Shown one piece after another: positions 9,390 to 18,099 of a stretch of DNA of 64,000 bases. The notes beneath the pieces were generated by a model. That model was not told the origin of the DNA. It did not search any database and saw only the letters and a list, made by a program, of their open reading frames with translations. Origin of the DNA: an uncultured bacterium. Lineage in GTDB: Bacteria; Actinomycetota; Acidimicrobiia; Spongiisociales; UBA5794. Location: positions 320,001 through 384,000 of the forward strand of contig CAWDDT010000004.1 of NCBI GenBank assembly GCA_963801165.1. The letters are read 5' to 3'. The position numbers and the translations under genes were made by a program. Position 1 is the first letter of the stretch; the number at the start of each line of letters is the position of its first letter.

Positions 9390-9922
9390 GACGCCTCCTG
9401 TTCATCGCTTCCGTCATGTTGCTGGTGCCTGCCTATCCGGCGGGCGCGGCCACGGACGGAGTGCAGGTGAGCGTCACCGATCTGATCCAGGACGCCGCGG
9501 TGATCCAGGGGAATGTCGTTGTCCAGGGAGAGCTCATCGGTGACTACGGATTCCGCCGCGACGGGTCTATGTGGACCCAGCTCAACGGCGACAGTTACGT
9601 CTACAAGCCGGTGCTCGACGGCGGCCCACTCACCGGTGGCAATGTCGGGGTGGCGGTGCGGATACCCGAGGCCATAGCGAGGACGCTCGACAAGCCCGGC
9701 GGGTACCGGGTCCGCGGCCCCCTGGTGGAAATCGTGGGTGAGTGGAAGTACCACGATCCGCACCGCGGTGGAGAGTCGTACATCGACGTGCTCACTCTCG
9801 AGGTGCTCGAGCCGGGACGTGGGCTCGTCGAGCACCCCGACTACTGGATCCTGGCCTCGGGTCTGATATTGATTGCGGCCGCCGCAGCGCTGCGGCGAGG
9901 ATCGGGCCGCGCTAACCGCTGA
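9386..9922 (+). CDS. Hypothetical exported protein with C-terminal TM anchor
   Basis: Signal peptide, beta-rich body, C-terminal hydrophobic helix with Arg tail; ATGA overlap with trkH. Confidence 0.75.
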   Translation: MRRLLFIASVMLLVPAYPAGAATDGVQVSVTDLIQDAAVIQGNVVVQGELIGDYGFRRDGSMWTQLNGDSYVYKPVLDGGPLTGGNVGVAVRIPEAIARTLDKPGGYRVRGPLVEIVGEWKYHDPHRGGESYIDVLTLEVLEPGRGLVEHPDYWILASGLILIAAAAALRRGSGRANR

Positions 9923-10008
9923 GAAGTCACCGACACTGATCCCAATTATTAGGGAAATGTCCGCTGGCTAAAATCACCGGGTCCGACCAATCGACCGCGG
10001 GAGATACT

Positions 10009-12081
10009 GTGCAGATCTGGCTCTACCTGGCCATGCTGGCTGCGTTGGCTGCCCTCGCCCTTGCCTCTGTCTTTGCTCGTCAAGTCAACAGCGCGAGCCC
10101 CGGCAATGAGCGCATGCAGGAGTTGATGGGTGCGATCCGGGACGGGGCCATGGCCTTTATCCGGCGTGAGTACACGGCGGTCGCCGGGTTCGTCCTGGTG
10201 ATGGCCATTCTCATCTTCGTCCTTCTCGACTGGGGCAGGCCCTGGGGTGCGATCGCATACATCTTCGGGGCCACGCTGTCGGCCTCTGCCGGCTTTATCG
10301 GGATGCGGGTCGCCACCGCGGCGAATGCCAGGACGGCGGAGGCAGCCCGTGAGGGTGGTATCGAGCGGGCACTGCCGCTCGCGTTCCGGGGCGGGGCGGT
10401 GATGGGCTTCACTGTGGCTGGCCTCGGTCTGCTCGGTCTCAGCCTCGGATACCTGTTCTTCAAGGTCATCCTCGACGAACCCCAGGCATTTCAGATCGTC
10501 ACCGCCATCGGTCTCGGCGCCTCATCTATTGCACTGTTCTCCCGTGTCGGTGGCGGCATCTACACCAAGGCCGCCGACGTGGGTGCCGACCTCGTCGGCA
10601 AGGTAGAGGCGGGGATCCCCGAGGACGATCCCCGCAACCCGGCAACGATTGCCGACAACGTAGGCGACAACGTAGGCGACGTAGCAGGTATGGGGGCGGA
10701 CCTCTACGAGAGCTACATGGGCTCTCTCATCGCCCCGATCGCATTTGCGGCATTCGCGTTCGCGGGACAGGCCTTCCAGGAGAAGGCCTTTCTCTATCCC
10801 CTCATGATTGCAACCATCGGCATGGTGGGGTCGATAGTCGGTGCGTTCCTGGTCAAGCCGGGCAAGGGGACGCTCACCGCGGCGTTGCATCGCGGTACCT
10901 ACGCCGCGATGGGGATAACGATTGTGGGGGTCGGGATCGTGACCCCGTTCTTCTTCGGAGACGAGAAGGGCGTGAAGAACACCTGGGGGCTGTTCGCCGC
11001 AGTTGTCATCGGGCTCTTCGTCGGCTGGTTCATCGGTCAGATCTCAGAGTGGTTCACCAGTGACCACCACAAGATCGTCAAGGAGATCGCCCGCCAGTCC
11101 CAGACCGGTCCGGCTACCGTCGTTCTCGAGGGCATCGCCGAAGGCATGCGCTCGGCGGCCTTCTCAGTGGTGGTCGTGGCCTTCGGCATGCTCGGCGCTT
11201 ACTGGGGTGGTCAGATTGCATTCGATGTCGATCTGGCCGGGATCTACGGCATCGCCATCGCCGCTATCGGTGTGCTGGCGACGCTGGGCATCACGGTTTC
11301 GGTGGATGCCTATGGCCCCATCGCCGACAATGCAGGTGGTATTGCCGAGATGGCGCATCTCCCGGCCGAGGTGCGCGAGGCAACCGATGCTCTCGACTCG
11401 CTGGGCAACACCACGGCCGCAATCGCCAAGGGATTTGCCATCGCCTCGGCGGCGGTGACGGCGCTGGCCCTGTTCTTCACGTTCCGTCAGGCAGTTGTCG
11501 ACGCCGGCGGGGAACTCGGGACGCTCGACATCCTCGACATCCCGGTGACCGTCGGTCTGTTCCTCGGGGGCATGTTCCCCTTCCTGTTCGCCTCGATGAC
11601 GATCAAGGCTGTCGGCAGGGCCGCCAACCAAATGATCGAGGAGGTGCGGCGCCAGTTCCGGGAGATCGTTGGTCTCAGAGAGGGTCGCGACGGCGTCAAG
11701 GCCGACTATGCCAAGTGTGTCGACATCTCGACCACGGCGGCGTTGCGGGAGATGATCATCCCCGGAGCGCTCGCGATCGCCCTGCCCCTCGTCGTCGGGT
11801 TCATCAGCGTCCGAGCGCTCGGTGGCCTGCTCGCCGGTGCGCTGGTCTCGGGCTTCCTGCTTGCCATCTTCATGGCAAACGCCGGTGGTGCCTGGGACAA
11901 TGCCAAGAAGTTCATCGAGGCGGGCGCTTACGGTGGCAAGGGCTCGGACTCGCACAAGGCCGCCGTTGTCGGCGACACGATCGGCGATCCGTTCAAGGAC
12001 ACGGCGGGCCCGGCGATGAACATCGTTATCAAGGTGATGACCATCGTCAGCCTCATCTTCGCCTCGGCGTTCGTTCACTAG
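10009..12081 (+). CDS. hppA: Membrane-bound ion-translocating pyrophosphatase (K+-dependent type, probably Na+)
   Basis: DVGADLVGKVE, EDDPRNP, DNVGDNVGD, GNTTAA and GDTIGDPFKD motifs. Confidence 0.96.
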   Translation: MQIWLYLAMLAALAALALASVFARQVNSASPGNERMQELMGAIRDGAMAFIRREYTAVAGFVLVMAILIFVLLDWGRPWGAIAYIFGATLSASAGFIGMRVATAANARTAEAAREGGIERALPLAFRGGAVMGFTVAGLGLLGLSLGYLFFKVILDEPQAFQIVTAIGLGASSIALFSRVGGGIYTKAADVGADLVGKVEAGIPEDDPRNPATIADNVGDNVGDVAGMGADLYESYMGSLIAPIAFAAFAFAGQAFQEKAFLYPLMIATIGMVGSIVGAFLVKPGKGTLTAALHRGTYAAMGITIVGVGIVTPFFFGDEKGVKNTWGLFAAVVIGLFVGWFIGQISEWFTSDHHKIVKEIARQSQTGPATVVLEGIAEGMRSAAFSVVVVAFGMLGAYWGGQIAFDVDLAGIYGIAIAAIGVLATLGITVSVDAYGPIADNAGGIAEMAHLPAEVREATDALDSLGNTTAAIAKGFAIASAAVTALALFFTFRQAVVDAGGELGTLDILDIPVTVGLFLGGMFPFLFASMTIKAVGRAANQMIEEVRRQFREIVGLREGRDGVKADYAKCVDISTTAALREMIIPGALAIALPLVVGFISVRALGGLLAGALVSGFLLAIFMANAGGAWDNAKKFIEAGAYGGKGSDSHKAAVVGDTIGDPFKDTAGPAMNIVIKVMTIVSLIFASAFVH

Positions 12082-12114
12082 CGCCGTCGGAGACACAACC
12101 CTTACGGAGGAGGA

Positions 12115-12143
12115 CCCGCCCCCGGCCTTGTGCCGGGGGTGGG
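12115..12143 (+). terminator. GC-rich hairpin after hppA
   Basis: CCCGCCCCCGGC-cttgt-GCCGGGGGTGGG, a 12-bp stem with one G:U pair and no U-tail. Confidence 0.55.
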
Positions 12144-12147
12144 CTCG

Positions 12148-12288
12148 CGAACACGAGACCTCCGAACACGAGACCTCCGAACACGAGACCTCCGAACACG
12201 AGACCTCCGAACACGAGACCTCCGAACACGAGACCGCGAACACGAGACCGCGAACAGGAGACCGCGAACACGAGACCGCGAACACGAG
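12148..12288. repeat. Intergenic tandem repeat, 10 units
   Basis: 5 x CGAACACGAGACCTC (15 bp), then 4 x CGAACA(C/G)GAGACCG (14 bp), then a partial CGAACACGAG. Confidence 0.97.
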
Positions 12289-12320
12289 TAGGTTCGGGGA
12301 GTCGAAAACGGGAGGCAATC

Positions 12321-13043
12321 GTGGCGGAGGATGGCATGCATCGGGACTTCTCGGATCTGAAGGCCCTCTTCATCAACTGCACGCTGAAGAGGTCTCCGGA
12401 GATGTCGCACACCCGGGGTCTCATCGACATCTCGATGGAAATCATGGAGAAGAACGCAGTTTCGACGGAGTGCATCCGCGCAGCCGATCACGACCTGCCG
12501 CCCGGTGTATATCCGGACATGACCGAGCACGGCTGGGCGAGCGACGAGTGGCCGACGATCTATGAGAAGGTGATGGCCGCCGACATCCTGGTGTTGGGCT
12601 CGCCGATCTGGTTGGGTGAGAAATCCTCGATCTGTACCCGGGTCATCGAGCGCCTGTACGGGAACTCCGGTCTTCTCAACGAGCGCGGGCAGTACGCCTA
12701 CTACGGGAAGGCAGGCGGTTGTCTGATCACCGGCAACGAGGATGGGATCAAACACTGCTCGATGAATATCCTCTACTCCCTGCAGCATCTCGGGTATTCG
12801 ATCCCTCCGCAGGCCGATGCCGGCTGGATCGGTGAGGCGGGGCCCGGTCCGTCCTACCTCGATCCCGGGAGCGGGGGACCGGAGAACGACTTCACCAACC
12901 GCAACACGACCTTCATGACCTGGAACCTCATGCACCTTGCCGGGATGCTCAAGGACGCGGGCGGCATCCCCGCCTGGGGCAACCAGCGCTCGGAATGGGA
13001 CGCAGGCGCCCGCTTCGACTTCGAGAACCCCGAGTACCGCTAG
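12321..13043 (+). CDS. Flavodoxin-like / NADPH-dependent FMN reductase family protein
   Basis: FINCTLK, ADILVLGSPIWLG and ITGNEDG motifs; GGAGG upstream of GTG at 12321. Confidence 0.87.
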   Translation: MAEDGMHRDFSDLKALFINCTLKRSPEMSHTRGLIDISMEIMEKNAVSTECIRAADHDLPPGVYPDMTEHGWASDEWPTIYEKVMAADILVLGSPIWLGEKSSICTRVIERLYGNSGLLNERGQYAYYGKAGGCLITGNEDGIKHCSMNILYSLQHLGYSIPPQADAGWIGEAGPGPSYLDPGSGGPENDFTNRNTTFMTWNLMHLAGMLKDAGGIPAWGNQRSEWDAGARFDFENPEYR

Positions 13044-13100
13044 TCCCCCCGCTCCGGGGGGAAGGTTCCTGCGGGTGGCGTAGCGCCGGAGGGAGGAGGT
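13044..13100. repeat. Palindromic intergenic element (REP/CIR-like)
   Basis: TCCCCCC-gctcc-GGGGGGA hairpin followed by GGCGTAGCGCC..GGAGGGAGG, between convergent genes; architecture resembles 58306-58354. Confidence 0.5.
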
Positions 13101-13125
13101 TTCGGGCTGCGGCGCCGAGATCGGG

Positions 13126-14547
13126 TCAGTAGCTCCTGCCCACCACGGCGACGACATCATCGGCGTCAGGATCATCCGGTATCTCGCCGTTCTCGGTCTG
13201 CAGGCAACGAACGCTTATCGCATCCTCGGCAAGCACGGCCTCGCCCTCTTCACCCAACACCCGCCATGGAATCCGGGCGAACCCGGTGCGGGCCGCCTCG
13301 CGCGCTTCGTCGATCGACCCGGTAGTCATGGTTGCGCTCTCGAGTCGCAGGCGAGCGCTGTCGAACATGGATTGCTGTATGTCGTCGAGCGTCTCGACCA
13401 CGACCGCGGCCAGCGCGTCGAAGCCAACCGGAGTCTTCTCCTGCGTGTCCCGGCGCACCATGGTCACGGAGGAGGCGGCGAGGTCCCGGGGCCCGAGCTC
13501 GAGCCGGAGCGGCACCCCCTTCAGCTCCCAGTCGGTGATCCTCCTGCCGAGCCCCTGGTCGGTCGCCTTGTCCAGCCGGGCGCGCACCCCGGCGTCGCTG
13601 AGCTGTCTGAGTAGACCTTCGCCTGCCTCGAGCAGCGTCGCATCGTCGCGCACGATCACAACGACCGCCTGGATGGATGCGAGGCGCGGCGGTACCATCA
13701 GGCCACGGTCGTCGCCGTGTCCCATGATGAGACCGCCGACCATGCGGGTGCTGCTACCCCACGACGTGGTCCAGCAGTGCTGCTCCGTTCCCTGGTCGTC
13801 GAGAAACGTGATGTCGAAAGCGTTGGCGAAGTTCTGGCCGAACTCATGGCTGGTCGCCATCTGCAGCGCCTTGCCGTCGCGCATCATCGCCTCGCAGGTG
13901 AGCGTGTTGATCGCGCCGGCAAAGCGCTCCTGTGCGGTCTTCACCCCGACGAGAACCGGCAGTGCCATGACCTCTTCGAGGAATTCGCGGTAGACGCCGA
14001 GGTGGATCCGTCTTGCATACTCGGCGGCGTCCCGGCGCGAGGCGTGCGCAGTGTGGCCTTCCTGCCACAGGAACTCGGTCGTTCGCAGGAAAAGGCGCGG
14101 TCTCATCTCCCAGCGCACCACATTTGCCCATTGGTTGAGTAGCAGGGGCAGGTCGCGGTAGCTCTGGATCCACTTGGACATCAGCTCGCCAAACAGGGTC
14201 TCGCTGGTCGGGCGCACGACCAACGGTTCGGCGAGTTCCTTGCCGCCCGCGTGGGTGACTACGGCGAGCTCCGGGCTGAACCCTTCGACATGTTCGGCCT
14301 CGCGACGCAGGTAGCTCTCCGGGATGAGCAGCGGCAGGTACACGTTCTCAGCCCCGGTCGCTTTGATCCGGGAATCGACCTCGCTTTGCATGCGCTCCCA
14401 GATCCCATAGCCGTACGGTCGGATGACGATCGTCCCCCGCACCGGTCCGTTGTCTGCGACCTGGGCTTTGTCGAGAACTTCCTGGTACCAGCGGGGGAAG
14501 TCGTCTTGTTGCGGAGTCAATACTTGCGGACGGCTCGATTTAGGCAT
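13126..14547 (-). CDS. proS: Proline--tRNA ligase (archaeal/eukaryotic-like type)
   Basis: HVEGFSPE, VRPTSET, QWANVVRWE, FLWQEGHT and ALQMATSH motifs. Confidence 0.96.
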   Translation of the reverse strand: MPKSSRPQVLTPQQDDFPRWYQEVLDKAQVADNGPVRGTIVIRPYGYGIWERMQSEVDSRIKATGAENVYLPLLIPESYLRREAEHVEGFSPELAVVTHAGGKELAEPLVVRPTSETLFGELMSKWIQSYRDLPLLLNQWANVVRWEMRPRLFLRTTEFLWQEGHTAHASRRDAAEYARRIHLGVYREFLEEVMALPVLVGVKTAQERFAGAINTLTCEAMMRDGKALQMATSHEFGQNFANAFDITFLDDQGTEQHCWTTSWGSSTRMVGGLIMGHGDDRGLMVPPRLASIQAVVVIVRDDATLLEAGEGLLRQLSDAGVRARLDKATDQGLGRRITDWELKGVPLRLELGPRDLAASSVTMVRRDTQEKTPVGFDALAAVVVETLDDIQQSMFDSARLRLESATMTTGSIDEAREAARTGFARIPWRVLGEEGEAVLAEDAISVRCLQTENGEIPDDPDADDVVAVVGRSY

Positions 14548-14559
14548 CGCCCCACGATA

Positions 14560-14605
14560 ACTACTCGATCCGACAACTATTTGATGCGGTCACTACTCGA
14601 TGCGG
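14560..14605. repeat. Three imperfect direct repeats (16-bp period) upstream of proS
   Basis: ACTACTCGATCCGA / ACTATTTGATGCGG / ACTACTCGATGCGG at 14560, 14576 and 14592. Confidence 0.7.
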
Positions 14606-14640
14606 TGTGGCCGTTGCGGGGAGGCTCAGGCCACCGGGGG

Positions 14641-15441
14641 CTACGGATTCCAGCCGATCCCGAGCAGGTGAGGGCTGGCGCCGAGGATCGGCGCTTCCTT
14701 CTCCAGCAGCTCCAGGAGCCGCAACAGCTCCGCCCTCTTGACTGCGTCGTCCAGCCGCTCGCTCAGGTCGCCGGCCGCCCAGCCGATGCCCTCGACGGCC
14801 ACGACCTCGACACGCTCCAGCCCGGCGTCCTCCAGCTCGCTGCGCAGGTCGTCGGGGAGATGAAAGTAGGCAGTCGTGAAGTACGAAGGATTGCCGGTTG
14901 CGTTGATGTGCGTTCCCGTCTCGAGCTCGGCGACCACCAACTCGGCGAATTCCGGGTCGTCCCAGAAACCCGAGTCGAGACCGTCGATGACGGCGGCATA
15001 GCGCGATATGGCGGCGACAAACACGGGGGCACCGGCCTTGCCCACCCGCATCGCCTCGCCGAGCGCGGCCAGGCGATGCTCTCGCTCTATGAGGTGATAC
15101 AGCGGGCCGAGCAGCAGCACGGCATCCTGGGTCCTGGTGCGGACCGGCAGATCACGGGCGTCACCGAGTTGCGCCCGCACGCCGCGCTCGGTTGCCTGTC
15201 GGATGTGGCGGGGAACGATATCGATCAGCTCGACGTCGTACCCTGCTTCGCCGAGGGCCGCCGCATATGCGCCGGGCCCGCCTCCGACGTCGAGGATCGT
15301 CGCCGGGGGATCGGGCAGGTGCCGCTCCATGATCACGCGCGTACGGATCATCTCGAGCCGGTTGCCGGGGTCGCGGTCCAGCCGGGTGTCCTCGTCGTAC
15401 CGCTCCTCGTAGTGGGCGACGACGTCGGACAGCGGATCCAC
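14641..15441 (-). CDS. Class I SAM-dependent methyltransferase
   Basis: ILDVGGGPGAY, GDARDL and LLLGPLYHL motifs. Confidence 0.9.
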   Translation of the reverse strand: MDPLSDVVAHYEERYDEDTRLDRDPGNRLEMIRTRVIMERHLPDPPATILDVGGGPGAYAAALGEAGYDVELIDIVPRHIRQATERGVRAQLGDARDLPVRTRTQDAVLLLGPLYHLIEREHRLAALGEAMRVGKAGAPVFVAAISRYAAVIDGLDSGFWDDPEFAELVVAELETGTHINATGNPSYFTTAYFHLPDDLRSELEDAGLERVEVVAVEGIGWAAGDLSERLDDAVKRAELLRLLELLEKEAPILGASPHLLGIGWNP

Positions 15442-15443
15442 CG

Positions 15444-15665
15444 TCAGTCCTTGCGCATGTCGGGATCGTTGGCGATCCGCTCTTCCTCGGCCCGCCGTCG
15501 CTCCCAGTACTTTTTCGTCGCGTTCTTGCGCGCTTGTTTCATCAGGTAGTAGAGGCTGAGGATCACGACCGCGACTACGGCCCACACGAGGCGCGCCGAT
15601 GTGTCCTCGGGGATTATGGAGTCGGCGGCAAGGGAGTCGACGGCAATGATCGCGGTGAGCATCAT
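15444..15665 (-). CDS. Small hypothetical membrane protein
   Basis: One TM segment and a charged tail; stop lies 2 nt from the methyltransferase start. Confidence 0.65.
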   Translation of the reverse strand: MMLTAIIAVDSLAADSIIPEDTSARLVWAVVAVVILSLYYLMKQARKNATKKYWERRRAEEERIANDPDMRKD

Positions 15666-15703
15666 GGTGCCTAGCCTACGGGGTCCCGCTGCAGGGAGCA
15701 TCA

Positions 15704-16936
15704 TTGCCCGTAGACATCACGTTCATCCGCCACGGACAGACTGAAGGCAACGCGGCCGGGCGCTGGCAGGGTCACACCGACTCCTCGCTGACCGAGCTGG
15801 GGCGAAGGCAGGCAAAGGCTCTTGGCGCTCGTCTCGCCGCCAGGCAGTTCGATCTGATCGTCTCGAGCGATCTGGTCCGCACCGGGGAGACAGCAGCGGC
15901 GCTCGACCGAACCTTCGTCACCGATCCCCGCTGGCGCGAGCCCTTCTTCGGTACATGGGAGAACCGCAGCACCAGCGAGATCATCGAGGAATCCGGAGAC
16001 GACCTCCAGGCCCTGTTTGCCGGGGAGGACATCGCGCTCGGTGGTGGGGAGCGTCCTTCCGAAGTGGTGGCCCGCGTCCGTGACGCGCTCGACGGCATGC
16101 TGGCCAGGCTCGACGGTGACGGCTCTGCCGCCGTGGTCAGCCATGGCATGTCCTTGCTCCTGCTGATCAGCGCCCTTCTCGAGACGAAGCTACCGAGCCC
16201 GCTTCGCCTGCTTGGCAATACCGCGATCGCCGAGCTCACTCTGGACGACGGGGAAGTGCGGATGCGCCGCTACAACGACGACACTCATCTCGGTGACCTT
16301 CCACCTACACACTTCCAATTCGACCACGGTGTCACCGAGTTGCTGATGGTACGCCACGGCCAGACGACGTCGAATGTCGAGGGGCGGTGGCAGGGTCATC
16401 AAGATGGCGAGCTCACCGAAGAGGGGCGCCGCCAAATCGGCTTGCTCGCCGGCAGCTTTCCCGCGGTGGGAGCGATGTACTCGTCGCCGCTGCTGAGGGC
16501 CGCCCATACGGCCGGGGCGATCGCGGCGCGGCAGGGTCTCGAAGTAAACTTCGACGAGCGTCTCAAGGAGATCTCGTTCGGGCAGTGGGAAGGTCTCACC
16601 CGAAGCGAGATCAAGGGCCGTTTCCCGGAATCGGAGGCCTTCTTCGCCGGTCGTGACGTCGTCCGCGGTGCGACGGGAGAGACATTCGACCAGGTGCGGT
16701 CCCGGTTCCGTTCGTCGCTCGCCGATATCGCAGGTCGTCATCCGGGTGAGAAAGTCGCCGTGGTCTCGCACGGTGGTTCGATACGGGCCTGGCTCACGGA
16801 GCTGCTCGGGCTCCCGTATGCGCACCGGAACCGGCTTTCGATTCTGGGGAACACCGGATACGCCCGGGTCTCGCTTGGAGCCGCCGGACAGAGCCTGGTC
16901 GCCTGGAACCTCGCCCCGCATCTGGAGAGCACGTGA
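15704..16936 (+). CDS. Histidine phosphatase family protein, two tandem domains
   Basis: Two RHGQT motifs and two VVSHG motifs. Confidence 0.92.
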   Translation: MPVDITFIRHGQTEGNAAGRWQGHTDSSLTELGRRQAKALGARLAARQFDLIVSSDLVRTGETAAALDRTFVTDPRWREPFFGTWENRSTSEIIEESGDDLQALFAGEDIALGGGERPSEVVARVRDALDGMLARLDGDGSAAVVSHGMSLLLLISALLETKLPSPLRLLGNTAIAELTLDDGEVRMRRYNDDTHLGDLPPTHFQFDHGVTELLMVRHGQTTSNVEGRWQGHQDGELTEEGRRQIGLLAGSFPAVGAMYSSPLLRAAHTAGAIAARQGLEVNFDERLKEISFGQWEGLTRSEIKGRFPESEAFFAGRDVVRGATGETFDQVRSRFRSSLADIAGRHPGEKVAVVSHGGSIRAWLTELLGLPYAHRNRLSILGNTGYARVSLGAAGQSLVAWNLAPHLEST

Positions 16937-18021
16937 CTGCTGCGAGGCGTCTTCTCATCATCACGAACGACTACCCGCCCAAAAGCGGAGGGATCCAGAC
17001 CTATCTAGGCGACCTGGCCGACGCCTACCCGGGGCCGGTGCGGGTGCTGGCCCCCGCCGATGGCCCGGCCGTCGGGACGGCGAGAGGTGAGGAGATTGTC
17101 AGGCGCGGCCGGCGCCGTTTCATGTGGCCGACCCGGACAACGATCGAATGGTTCGTGACCGAAGCCCGCGACTTCGCTGCGGAGGCAATACTGTTCGGCG
17201 CCCCGCACCCGCTGACCCGGGCGATACCGCGCCTCCAGCACGAGCTCGGTGTTCCCGTAGGCGTGCTTTGTCACGGGGCGGAGGTGACGATCCCGGCTGC
17301 GGTCCCCGGCGTACGCGCCTGGCTACGCCGGACGCTCGGTCATGCCGATGTTCTCTTCGCCGTGAGCCGGTTCACCCAGGGTCGGGTCAGCAGGCTCACC
17401 GGTCACGACGTTGTGACCGTAGGTGCCGGTGTCGCGGTCGATGTCTTCACGCCCCCGGTCGAGCCCCCGCACAACGACCCGCCCGTGGTCGGGTGTGTCA
17501 GCAGGCTGGTGCCGCGCAAAGGCCAGCACCGGTTGATTGCCGCAGGCGAAGAGTTGGGGCGGCGCGGCGTCTCTGTCGAGCTTCTCATCGTGGGCTCGGG
17601 CCGGAACGAGAAGCGGCTGCGCAAGCTTGCGGCACGGTCGAACGTCGAGGTCCGCTTCGAGATCGCCGTACCGTGGGCTGACCTGGTCGACGCCTATCGG
17701 TCGATGGACATCTTCTGCATGCCGTGCCGGAGCCGGTGGGGCGGTCTCGAGACCGAGGGTCTGGGGTTGGTGTTTCTAGAAGCGGCCGCCGCTGGCCTCC
17801 CTGTGCTCGCTGGATCGTCCGGCGGCTCACCTGAGACGGTTGTGCCGGGCGACACGGGATTTGTTGTCGATTCGGTGGACGACATCGTCGAGGGTGTCCA
17901 GCTACTGTTGGCAGACCGCGATAGAGCCCGTGAAATGGGGGTAAAGGGACGGTCGCGGGTGGTCGAGGAGTACGTCTGGGGTAGGGTCGTTGCCAGGCTC
18001 GACTCCGGTTTCCGGTCTTGA
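16933..18021 (+). CDS. Glycosyltransferase family 4 (PimB'-like)
   Basis: TNDYPP..GGIQ, VSRLVPRKGQ and EGLGLVFLEA motifs. Confidence 0.9.
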   Translation: MTAARRLLIITNDYPPKSGGIQTYLGDLADAYPGPVRVLAPADGPAVGTARGEEIVRRGRRRFMWPTRTTIEWFVTEARDFAAEAILFGAPHPLTRAIPRLQHELGVPVGVLCHGAEVTIPAAVPGVRAWLRRTLGHADVLFAVSRFTQGRVSRLTGHDVVTVGAGVAVDVFTPPVEPPHNDPPVVGCVSRLVPRKGQHRLIAAGEELGRRGVSVELLIVGSGRNEKRLRKLAARSNVEVRFEIAVPWADLVDAYRSMDIFCMPCRSRWGGLETEGLGLVFLEAAAAGLPVLAGSSGGSPETVVPGDTGFVVDSVDDIVEGVQLLLADRDRAREMGVKGRSRVVEEYVWGRVVARLDSGFRS

Positions 18022-18099
18022 CAGAGCCCGGGATCGTCCGTAAGTATCGACCCGCTCCACGTTTTCAACCGGCCACGGGACCGCGTCCCGCACCAAACA

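Noticed and set aside
10654-10680. GACAACGTAGGC tandem repeat
   Set aside because: It encodes the conserved DNVGDNVGD motif of membrane pyrophosphatases.
12148-12288. Possible CRISPR array
   Set aside because: Units are 14-15 bp, head-to-tail with no unique spacers, and there are no cas genes in the window.
11715-12320. Long N-terminal extension (NTRPP repeats) of the flavodoxin-like ORF, and the EVSCS/HETSE repeat ORFs
   Set aside because: These are translations of the non-coding tandem repeat and overlap hppA; a good RBS and GTG exist at 12321.
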